From the IMG/VR virus record IMGVR_UViG_3300025895_000123: a stretch of 64,000 bases of DNA; one strand, 5' to 3'. The notes beneath the pieces were generated by a model. That model was given only the letters and a program-made list of their open reading frames with translations, ran no database searches and was not told where the DNA came from. Positions 36,449-44,726 of the stretch are shown in pieces. Position 1 is the stretch's first letter. Every line of letters starts with the position of its first letter. The position numbers were made by a program, and so were the translations under genes. The stretch is from a virus.

Positions 36449-37335
36449 TCAATAAATGTATTATATTTATTTCGATCTAATACATGTTCAAAATTATTGT
36501 CGAATACATCTTTATAAAAATTTTTGAAGTTTGACGCCATAAAAGGGTATCGAATATTATAAAAATGAACCCCTGGTATAAATCTATCATGATATCCTAT
36601 AAAATCTTTAATATCATCAATTCCATCACGATGAGATCTACCTTTTAACTTAGGTAATATTAATTCCTTGTTATTTTGTATTGCTTCTATTAAAGAATAC
36701 GGTAAAGGATCAATATAATTTCTAGATTGTGGGTAAACATAATGAGTTATATTTGAGAAAAATATTTGTTGATCAAAAGTATGACGATGATTCAAAACAT
36801 ATTTAAATCTTTTACTAAAATCATATCTAATGTTTTGTCCCATTGTATACACATCAACATAAGAATATAAATTATTTAACATTCCTAAAAAATGATCGAA
36901 TGAATCCATTGTTATATAGTTTCTTACATAAAATCCTAAACAAGGTCTAGTGATTTCTATTTGTTCTACTATAAAGTCTGTAATCATAGGAATGAAATTC
37001 TTAATATCTTTATGATCATAAGTATAATAAAAACCATTATTACAAGAGTTATGTCCAAAAAAATTGTGTTCATTTCGAACATATATTAAATAATTAATGT
37101 CTTTTAAAGATATGATATTGACTGGAGATGAATAGTTACTCGGAACTTGTGTCACAAAAATAATTCTTTTGTATTTTTCATTTAACTCTTTTAAATCAAC
37201 TACATTTTTTGATTCTATGTGGTCTAGATATTCCGAGTGTTCACTAACCATTCTTTCAGAAATTGTGAATGCTCCACGTTTAAGTTTTCCGTAAGAAACA
37301 GATATTAACAAGTATTTTTTCATAGCTATTAACAA
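36418..37335 (-). CDS. Putative divergent GT-B glycosyltransferase
   Basis: YIDPLPYSLIEAIQNNK motif shared with 30961-31791. Confidence 0.45.
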   Translation of the reverse strand: MLIAMKKYLLISVSYGKLKRGAFTISERMVSEHSEYLDHIESKNVVDLKELNEKYKRIIFVTQVPSNYSSPVNIISLKDINYLIYVRNEHNFFGHNSCNNGFYYTYDHKDIKNFIPMITDFIVEQIEITRPCLGFYVRNYITMDSFDHFLGMLNNLYSYVDVYTMGQNIRYDFSKRFKYVLNHRHTFDQQIFFSNITHYVYPQSRNYIDPLPYSLIEAIQNNKELILPKLKGRSHRDGIDDIKDFIGYHDRFIPGVHFYNIRYPFMASNFKNFYKDVFDNNFEHVLDRNKYNTFIDWIVGEVLCS

Positions 37336-37340
37336 TAACG

Positions 37341-37369
37341 GGAGGTAAATATATAGAATATTTACCTCC
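37341..37369. terminator. 12-bp hairpin between the Cys/rSAM module and the sugar module
   Basis: GGAGGTAAATAT/ATATTTACCTCC inverted repeat. Confidence 0.5.
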
Positions 37370-37384
37370 TGTCATTATATTTAA

Positions 37385-37978
37385 TTAACTAAATTGGGAA
37401 TAAAAATTATCACACATAGATTGAATTTGTTCAACAGAGGTTGCTGTCTCCAAATCTTTACTAAACTGCATCCATTGCTTATAAAGAAAATTACGTTCAG
37501 AAAGTTTGTCTAATAACGATAAATATTCTTCTAAATCAGCAATAAGATCTTGATTATCACTGTTAACTATTTCAAGATATTTCTCTTCTCGATTCGAATC
37601 AGAAATGATATATCCTGCAGCAGCAAGTTTATTATTCAAGATTTGATAACTAAAGAAATCAAACATACTTAAATATCCAATTCTAAAAGCTACAAAGTGT
37701 TTAGATCGAATTTTAGCTCCTTGTCTTTCGGCAGAAATTGGATCTGGAATATCTTGAATAATCACGTCTGCTTGTGTAATTTGGTAATCAATATTTTTAG
37801 GAAGATAAACGTCTTTTCCATTTCGTAAGGCATCTTCAATGTATGATCTTAATTCAGGTGTTGGTATTTCGTAATATCTGACTCCGCTATGATCAAAGAT
37901 TGATGCTTCATCCCCACCCAAAACGGAAACAACTTTATAGTTAACACCAACATCAACAACACTTGCTAGAATTCTCAT
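37385..37978 (-). CDS. Hypothetical protein of the rSAM/Cys-repeat operon
   Basis: GGAGG RBS; 197 aa helical. Confidence 0.65.
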   Translation of the reverse strand: MRILASVVDVGVNYKVVSVLGGDEASIFDHSGVRYYEIPTPELRSYIEDALRNGKDVYLPKNIDYQITQADVIIQDIPDPISAERQGAKIRSKHFVAFRIGYLSMFDFFSYQILNNKLAAAGYIISDSNREEKYLEIVNSDNQDLIADLEEYLSLLDKLSERNFLYKQWMQFSKDLETATSVEQIQSMCDNFYSQFS

Positions 37979-37998
37979 ATATTTTCCTCCAAAATAAA

Positions 37999-38508
37999 TT
38001 ATTCCTTAACATTTTGATCGTTATTACATTGACAGGTGCACGAATAATTACATTGACAGGTGCACGAATAATAACAATTACACGTACACGAATAATTACA
38101 TTGACACGTACATGAATAATCACAATTACACGTACATGAATAATTACACTGGCAAGTGCATGCTTCAATTTTCTCTTCTTTGATAGTTTCTCCAGAGTCA
38201 ATCTCATATTTATTTAATAATAATTCTATTTTCTCCAATAAATCAGGAAGTAATTCAACAACTTCAAGAATTTCCTGCACTGCCTTTATAAGTAATGGAG
38301 AGAATTGACTATAATCAACTTTAAGATGCCCTGTTTCTGAATCTCGAGTAACTATCGAATATTCTTCTGACCTGAATACTTTCATTAAATCTTGTGCTAT
38401 TACGCCAAAGAAAAATCTTTTATCAGAAATATTCTCAGAATGTTTATCCAAATCATATTTAAATTTAACTACTTTAAAACGTTTAACTAACTCTGAATAT
38501 TGCCCCAT
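37999..38508 (-). CDS. S74-like chaperone domain fused to CxCxC(N/D/Y)Y repeats
   Basis: FGVIAQDL..VDYSQFSPLLIKAVQE then 5 full and 1 partial xCTCxCxY repeats; lacks the N-terminal SDxRLK. Confidence 0.75.
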   Translation of the reverse strand: MGQYSELVKRFKVVKFKYDLDKHSENISDKRFFFGVIAQDLMKVFRSEEYSIVTRDSETGHLKVDYSQFSPLLIKAVQEILEVVELLPDLLEKIELLLNKYEIDSGETIKEEKIEACTCQCNYSCTCNCDYSCTCQCNYSCTCNCYYSCTCQCNYSCTCQCNNDQNVKE

Positions 38509-38553
38509 AATTTACCTATTTAAAGATATTCAACCTCCATTTTAAGTAATTCA

Positions 38554-39279
38554 TCAGTAGTTACAATTGCAAGTACATGCGTAATTACATTGACAAGTAC
38601 ATGCGTAATTACATTGACAAGTACAACCATAGTTACATTGACAAGTACAACCATAATTACATTGACAAGTACATGCGTAATTACAATTACAAGTGCACAC
38701 ATAATCACATTGACAAGTACATGCGTAATTACAATTACAAGCACATTGGGATTCAAAAGTATTAACTCCCGATCGTAGGCTTTCTATTTGTTCGTTCTGT
38801 ACTAAATCCCCTTCCTCTAAATTTGTAAGATTTAATGATGCATGTGCAGACCAAGGACCGAACAAATTTAACGCTGTTCTCATTGCTATAATTGTGGCAT
38901 TATCTACAGTTCCTCCAACGGAAACTGCTGCAGGAATGCTAGCACCTGCAGATCGTCTAACATTTTCATTAGCAATTGCCGTTCTTAACTCATTAATGTG
39001 TTGACTTTTAATAGGAACACCTGTAAGAGAAGGATCAGTCCAAGAAGTTGGAGTCACTGGAGCAATTTTTCCAGCATGGGATGGACAACCTAATGTTGAA
39101 TGAACAGGACAACTACTTGTCGCTGTATGTGCTGCACAAATTGTCGTTGCTGAATGAGATGTACAAGGTGTAGTATTACTGTGTGCTGTACAAGTTGTCG
39201 TTGCTAAATGAGATGTACAAGTTGTCGTTGCTAAATGAGATGTACATTGTGAGGTACTCGAATGATCTGTACAAGCCAT
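38554..39279 (-). CDS. Cys-repeat protein A (8 CxxH + central domain + 8 CxCxC(N/D)Y)
   Basis: GGAGG RBS; central PIKSQHINELRTAI domain; tandem repeats at both ends. Confidence 0.85.
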   Translation of the reverse strand: MACTDHSSTSQCTSHLATTTCTSHLATTTCTAHSNTTPCTSHSATTICAAHTATSSCPVHSTLGCPSHAGKIAPVTPTSWTDPSLTGVPIKSQHINELRTAIANENVRRSAGASIPAAVSVGGTVDNATIIAMRTALNLFGPWSAHASLNLTNLEEGDLVQNEQIESLRSGVNTFESQCACNCNYACTCQCDYVCTCNCNYACTCQCNYGCTCQCNYGCTCQCNYACTCQCNYACTCNCNY

Positions 39280-39324
39280 AATCTTCCTCCAAAATTTTTA
39301 TTATGAACACTCAATATTCTTTTA

Positions 39325-39612
39325 TCAATAGTTACAATTGCAAGTACAAGAATAGTTACATTTACAGGTACATGCATAGTTACATTGACAAGTACATGCA
39401 TAGTTACATTGACAAGTACAACCATAGTTACATTGACAAGTGCACGAATAGTTACATTGACAAGTGCACGCATAGTTACAATTACAGGTACATGCATAGT
39501 TACATTGACAAGTACAACCATAGTTACATTGACAAGTGCACGCATAGTTACATTGACAAGTACATGCGTAGTTACATTGACAAGTGCACGCATAGTTACA
39601 ATTACAAACGCA
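39325..39612 (-). repeat. 24-nt coding tandem repeat (12 units)
   Basis: ACATTGACAAGTACATGCATAGTT-type units encoding xCTCQCNY; related runs at ~38020-38160 and ~38555-38745. Confidence 0.9.
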
Positions 39613-40248
39613 TTCTGATTCAAAAGTATTAAGTCCTGATCTTAAACTCTCTATTTGTTCATTCTGTATTACATCCCCTTCTTCTAAATTTGCAGGGTCT
39701 AATGATGAATGTGCAGACCAAGGACCAAACAAATTCAAGGCGGTTCTCATTGCTATAACTGTAGCGTTATCTACAGATCCTCCAACGGAAACTGTACCAG
39801 GAATAGTAGCTCCTGCACTTCTTCTAATATTTTCGTTATTAATCGCTGTTCTTAATTCATTTAGATGTTGAGCTTTAATTGCAACACCTGTAAGAGAAGT
39901 ATCAGTCCACGAAGTTGGGACTATAGCAGGAATATGTCCTGTACAACCAGATACTGGTCCTGCTGTGTGTGCTGTACAAGCTGTCGTTGCTAAGTGTGAT
40001 ATACAAGCTGATGTCGCTGCGTGTGCTGAACAAGGAGTAGTATTACTATGTGCCGAACAAGTTGTCGTTACTGAGTGTGATGTACATCCTGAATTAACAT
40101 GGCCACCACAAGTTGTTGTAAGTGAATGTGATACACAAGCTATAGTATTACTGTGTGCTGCACAAGTTATCGTCGCTGAATGAATACCACATGCACCAGC
40201 GCTATGAGTACCACAAGATGTCGTACTTGTGTGATTATTACAAGCCAT
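39325..40248 (-). CDS. Cys-repeat protein B (12 CxxH + central domain + 12 CxCxCNY)
   Basis: Paralog of 38554-39279; AIKAQHLNELRTAIN domain. Confidence 0.85.
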   Translation of the reverse strand: MACNNHTSTTSCGTHSAGACGIHSATITCAAHSNTIACVSHSLTTTCGGHVNSGCTSHSVTTTCSAHSNTTPCSAHAATSACISHLATTACTAHTAGPVSGCTGHIPAIVPTSWTDTSLTGVAIKAQHLNELRTAINNENIRRSAGATIPGTVSVGGSVDNATVIAMRTALNLFGPWSAHSSLDPANLEEGDVIQNEQIESLRSGLNTFESECVCNCNYACTCQCNYACTCQCNYACTCQCNYGCTCQCNYACTCNCNYACTCQCNYSCTCQCNYGCTCQCNYACTCQCNYACTCKCNYSCTCNCNY

Positions 40249-40265
40249 AATCTTCCTCCAAAGAT

Positions 40266-41423
40266 TTAATTCTTTACAATATGATTTAAAGCTTTCATAA
40301 TTCTACCGTTAATTTTATAAAATCTACAAAGTATTGGTTGGTTTGCATAATCTCTCCACTTCTCAATATAAGTATCTTTATCACTTTTTTCATACTTAAC
40401 TGGATTACACCGCAAACAATACCCAGCTTCACAATCAAGGCATTCTAAAGGCTGATAGCCAAAATTTGTATCGTGCAAAATATGAGAATCAACTAATTTT
40501 TTTATAAAATCTGAATCTTTTAAATTAGAAACAATATGATCATCAACTTTATCGTCATAAACACTTCCATGACATTTATAAATTTTTCCACCTACTCCAA
40601 TACAAACCATATCTCTTCCAGCAGAACAGAGAGCTTTATTTGGAGTAAACCAAGCAAAAAAGAATTGATTATTGTTCTTTTTATAAAATTCTATATCTTT
40701 CGTTGCTATCTCTGTAAGTGCATTTTCTAAATCTACACAATATTCATCAATTTCATTTTCATTATACTTACCCAAATGATAATAATCAATAGTTGGAAAA
40801 TAATTATTAGCATGAAAAAATTGTTGTCCTGAATGTCTCTCATAAATATCTCTTATATCATCATAAGCAGCAGGTAAATATTTAAAAGCATCAAGAGTAA
40901 CAGTAGATTTTATTGTACTTGGAATTCTATGTTTGTAAACACGAAAAATATTATCTCTAACTCGAGTCGAAGTTAAAACTCCATCTTTTCTAACTCGATA
41001 AATATCATGTATTGGCATTCCATCATACGACATTTGAATGCAAAATTTAGGATGTCCACCTTCAATAAAAGTGTCTTTGAATTTAATCAAAGAATCCCAT
41101 ACACCATCTAAATTATAACCATTACTAAAAATAAAATATTTAACTCTAGAGTTATTTGCATAATAATTCACAATATAATTTACAGTTTTATGAGCTAGTG
41201 TAGGCTCACCACCCCATAAACCAATATTTAATGCATCATAATGTTGTTTGAAAAAATCTGAGTCTAATAATTGATTTATTTTATTAATAAATAGATCAAC
41301 ATCTTTAAAGAATGTATTTCTAAAATGTCCATCTTCAAAACAATACTTACATCCAAAATTGCAAGAATCTGTTAGTGTTAAATCTATATTATATATACGA
41401 ACTTGACTAAAATTTTTACCCAT
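40266..41423 (-). CDS. Radical SAM/SPASM peptide maturase-like enzyme
   Basis: CNFGCKYC, WGGEP, CSAG..YKCHG..CLDC..CLRC. Confidence 0.88.
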   Translation of the reverse strand: MGKNFSQVRIYNIDLTLTDSCNFGCKYCFEDGHFRNTFFKDVDLFINKINQLLDSDFFKQHYDALNIGLWGGEPTLAHKTVNYIVNYYANNSRVKYFIFSNGYNLDGVWDSLIKFKDTFIEGGHPKFCIQMSYDGMPIHDIYRVRKDGVLTSTRVRDNIFRVYKHRIPSTIKSTVTLDAFKYLPAAYDDIRDIYERHSGQQFFHANNYFPTIDYYHLGKYNENEIDEYCVDLENALTEIATKDIEFYKKNNNQFFFAWFTPNKALCSAGRDMVCIGVGGKIYKCHGSVYDDKVDDHIVSNLKDSDFIKKLVDSHILHDTNFGYQPLECLDCEAGYCLRCNPVKYEKSDKDTYIEKWRDYANQPILCRFYKINGRIMKALNHIVKN

Positions 41424-41438
41424 TTTATCTCCACAAAC

Positions 41439-42443
41439 CTAAAATTGACTGAATTTCTTATTTGTTGCTTTATCTGCGTAAGATATACCAGTTGTTGGAG
41501 ATAAATAAGCATTACCAACACCCATACTCTTATCACAACGACCACAAGGTTCACATGTTACCCCACAAAAGGGAATACCATATAATGAATATACATAATT
41601 CAAATAAGGTCGTAATTGCGATCTCAAGATCTCCGTGTAACCTACAGGTCCAACAGAATCTAGATCTTGATGTGCAAAACTAAGAGCCACTTTATCACAC
41701 ATAGGCCATCTTTCACAAATTTTAATCATATCTTCAACAACATTATTATAATTTCCAGATTGAACTGTGTAACTCATACTAAAAAACACATTATGCTTAA
41801 CAAGATTATCAACTGCTCGTTCAACATGTTCTTTAGAGCTAGTTCCATTAGGAAATTTTCTACGAAAGTGACCTGACCCATCATAACTTACTTCAATACT
41901 AATATTTACATTGTTACTTTCGGCAAACATCTTTAATTCTTTATATTGTAGAATTAATCTTTCATCTAGGAATAAAAGAGCATTAGTTGTTATTGGAATA
42001 GCCCAACCTCCAGCCTTAGATAAAGATGAAACTTTTCGAACTAAATACTCATAAAGATCAAATCTTAATAAAGGTTCACCACCCATCACAACAATACAGG
42101 AGTTTAAATCCCCTTCTCTTTCATATATTTCATTTACAAAAGTATCTAACATTAATTCAGAACAATTAGCTTGATCGGAAAGACCTTGACGACTATCTCC
42201 TTCATAACAATATTCACAACGAAGATTGCAATTAGTGTTCAAATAAACAACATTAGTTCTTGTTGTTCCTTTTCTATCATTAACACTTTTCGATAATTTT
42301 TTTTGTTTATGTGTTATATTATCTTGATTGCATCCTTGTCCATCGCTACATGATTGACAGACTTCGCATGATAAATTTTTATCACTTAATATATCTTTAA
42401 TATCAATCATAAAAGTTTTTACATCTCGATTAGTAACATTCAT
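41439..42443 (-). CDS. Radical SAM enzyme with Cys-rich N-terminal extension
   Basis: CNLRCEYC, MGGEP; N-terminal CEVCQSC..C; C-terminal CGVTCEPCGRC. Confidence 0.85.
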   Translation of the reverse strand: MNVTNRDVKTFMIDIKDILSDKNLSCEVCQSCSDGQGCNQDNITHKQKKLSKSVNDRKGTTRTNVVYLNTNCNLRCEYCYEGDSRQGLSDQANCSELMLDTFVNEIYEREGDLNSCIVVMGGEPLLRFDLYEYLVRKVSSLSKAGGWAIPITTNALLFLDERLILQYKELKMFAESNNVNISIEVSYDGSGHFRRKFPNGTSSKEHVERAVDNLVKHNVFFSMSYTVQSGNYNNVVEDMIKICERWPMCDKVALSFAHQDLDSVGPVGYTEILRSQLRPYLNYVYSLYGIPFCGVTCEPCGRCDKSMGVGNAYLSPTTGISYADKATNKKFSQF

Positions 42444-42977
42444 TTATTGCTTTCCCATTTTAGAACGAATTTTTGAAACAAGATCCTGAACATCTTTTTC
42501 TATTTCATCAGATGCTTTACCAATAGCTTGTCCTGTTGCATCCTTGCCATGAATAGGGCAATCACAATCTACAGATTGTCCTGTTGCATCCTTACCATGA
42601 ATAGGACAATTCTCATCAACTCCAGCATGATCAATACACATTGTTGGTGGAGCATCTTGATGTCCACCACATGAACTATCAGCAAAAGTTCCATGCCCAA
42701 CACAAACTTGATCCTTTCCTAATCCTGATTGAGATGCTTCATTTGTGTCTGTAAAAGCTACAACATTTACACTATCAACAACCTTTTCTTTTGCAAGACT
42801 TGAGGGTTTTTGTTGCTGACAACATTCAACAATTCTAAGAAGTTTGTCTGCAACAAATAAACATATGTCACTAAGACTCTTATCGAATTTTTCTAAATCT
42901 TTTGCCACATTAAACATCATTTGTGATGAATTAAGAATTTTATTTTGGTCCACTATTTCGCCTCCATTATCCAACAT
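42444..42977 (-). CDS. Protein with five CxxH motifs (possible substrate or accessory protein)
   Basis: CVGH, CGGH, CIDH, CPIH x2; duplicated CPIHGKDATGQ. Confidence 0.7.
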   Translation of the reverse strand: MLDNGGEIVDQNKILNSSQMMFNVAKDLEKFDKSLSDICLFVADKLLRIVECCQQQKPSSLAKEKVVDSVNVVAFTDTNEASQSGLGKDQVCVGHGTFADSSCGGHQDAPPTMCIDHAGVDENCPIHGKDATGQSVDCDCPIHGKDATGQAIGKASDEIEKDVQDLVSKIRSKMGKQ

Positions 42978-44085
42978 TTTGAATAGATCCTTTTACCATT
43001 TCTCTGAATAACTCATTATCCTTCAACTCATGAACAATTCTTATAGACTGTTTATATAATATACCTAATAATTCGCAAATACTTTCTACTGGTTCACAAT
43101 AGTTAGCATTTGGTTCGTCGGTTTTCAATTGCTGGTAAGTACACCCAGCATTACAATACTGATATAATTCGCAATTTTTACACTTTTCATAGGTTCGAGG
43201 ATTAGATACTTGTGGAGATCTCATAATTTCAATAGTGTCCCCATATTCAATGTCTTTTACTGAATCATATAATGCATGAACATCATTCGATCCAAATCTT
43301 GCACATGGGTAAACCATACCATCAGGCATAAAGCCGGCACCAGTACATCCAGCAAAACATCCAAAAGGTCTTTTACCGTAAGTAGCACCAAAAAGTAGAT
43401 CTAAAATATATAATTGAAAAAACCCAACAGTGGTTCTTATACCACTTCTAATATATTTTATCATTTGGTCTGCAAGCTTTTCTGCCTGAATTTCAAAATT
43501 TTTGATATCATATTCTGACCAGATATTATCTCTAACCAGAGAATAATCTGGACTCAATATATTAAACTCTTCAACAAACCATTTATAATTATCAACCAAA
43601 GTGTCTACACTCTCAGGTGATACCATTACTTTACAACCACCTGTCCCTTGAAATCGAGATTTAAGAGGCTCTTTCATATAAAGATCTAAGCTAGAACTTC
43701 CATCTTTAAGGGGTCGATTATTTTTATTCCATAATCCGTCGAAAGATAGCGAAATCGCTAAATTGTTTCTTTTAAAGTATTCCCACTTTTCATCATCCAC
43801 AAAAGCTAATCCATTTGTCATCGCTATAATAAGAGTACATCTAGAATCTTTTTTTAAGATAGGAGTAATATATTCAATTAGTTCCCAATTTAATAATGGT
43901 TCTCCACCAAATAAAGCAGCATGAAATTTATTTTGACCATACCTCTTCATCATTTTTGGTAAAGTGTTATAATAATGTGAATCAAAAACAGCTGGAGTCA
44001 TATCTCTTGGCTTTTGATTAATATAACAATACGTGCACGCCATATTGCATCTTTCTGTAAGTACTAATTGAAGTTCAAATGACAT
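42967..44085 (-). CDS. Radical SAM/SPASM peptide maturase-like enzyme
   Basis: CNMACTYC, FGGEP, CFAG..YPCARF..CKNC..YCNAGC. Confidence 0.9.
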   Translation of the reverse strand: MSFELQLVLTERCNMACTYCYINQKPRDMTPAVFDSHYYNTLPKMMKRYGQNKFHAALFGGEPLLNWELIEYITPILKKDSRCTLIIAMTNGLAFVDDEKWEYFKRNNLAISLSFDGLWNKNNRPLKDGSSSLDLYMKEPLKSRFQGTGGCKVMVSPESVDTLVDNYKWFVEEFNILSPDYSLVRDNIWSEYDIKNFEIQAEKLADQMIKYIRSGIRTTVGFFQLYILDLLFGATYGKRPFGCFAGCTGAGFMPDGMVYPCARFGSNDVHALYDSVKDIEYGDTIEIMRSPQVSNPRTYEKCKNCELYQYCNAGCTYQQLKTDEPNANYCEPVESICELLGILYKQSIRIVHELKDNELFREMVKGSIQNVG

Positions 44086-44096
44086 CCAATATCCCT

Positions 44097-44714
44097 TTAT
44101 TTAATTACACAGTCTACAAGTTTTTCAGAAGGGTTACTATCTGATTCGAGAGCTAAACCAAATTTATCAATCTTTTCATTCATGTTTTCTACAGCTCTTG
44201 CACAACCCTCACCAGCAGAGACAATAACTTGCCCCTTCTCAATTGGTCCAATGATTCTTACAGGAACCTTACCAACAAGACCAACAGGTAATCCATTTAG
44301 TTCAGAATTCATAAGATATGCAGGTCTTGGAGAAAGTACACCAACAACACTTTCACAACAACTCTCATTACATATCTGTAAATCTGCACTTTCATCTTTA
44401 CAAATACTTAAGACAGTTCCTACCGGGCAATCACCTTCTTTTACAGTAAACCTTTCCGCTAAATCTGCATATTTTGCACTAACTGCTGTTCCTGAAAGAG
44501 TAATTCCATAAACAGCTTTATATCGTTGTCCGCTTCTTCCAAGATCAACAGTGTTATCTACGTTTGGAGTTATTTCGATACCATCTGCAAAAACTCCACC
44601 ATAATTAATACTGTCAAAATGACCAGAATTCCATCTTTTAGCAGAAGTACCAATGCTACCTTCATTAGTAGCACGAGGAACTATATTTCTCGTAGCCATT
44701 CGATTAACCTCCAA
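44097..44714 (-). CDS. Short fibre protein with G2-type autoproteolytic chaperone domain
   Basis: AKYADLAERF..GVLS..PAYLMN..VGLVGKVPVRIIGPIEKGQ. Confidence 0.7.
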   Translation of the reverse strand: MEVNRMATRNIVPRATNEGSIGTSAKRWNSGHFDSINYGGVFADGIEITPNVDNTVDLGRSGQRYKAVYGITLSGTAVSAKYADLAERFTVKEGDCPVGTVLSICKDESADLQICNESCCESVVGVLSPRPAYLMNSELNGLPVGLVGKVPVRIIGPIEKGQVIVSAGEGCARAVENMNEKIDKFGLALESDSNPSEKLVDCVIK

Positions 44715-44726
44715 AAAATTATAATT

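Noticed and set aside
38509-38560. Frameshift/readthrough joining protein A to the S74-like gene (alternate frame reads TTDELLKMEVEYL, loosely like SDxRLK)
   Set aside because: In-frame readthrough would cross five stops, and the alternate frame stops before the S74 ORF, needing two recoding events; no slippery site is evident.
38020-39612. 24-nt tandem repeats as CRISPR or VNTR elements
   Set aside because: No spacers; the unit is a multiple of 3 and encodes the xCTCQCNY repeats in genes with good RBSs.
37953-39632. Alternate-frame ORFs (37953-38207, 38520-38756, 38577-38765, 38590-38778, 39231-39623, 39303-39632, 39385-39618)
   Set aside because: Shadow frames left open by the stop-free 24-nt repeat.
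38554-40248. Multiheme cytochrome c
   Set aside because: Motifs are CxxH, not CxxCH, and there is no signal peptide.
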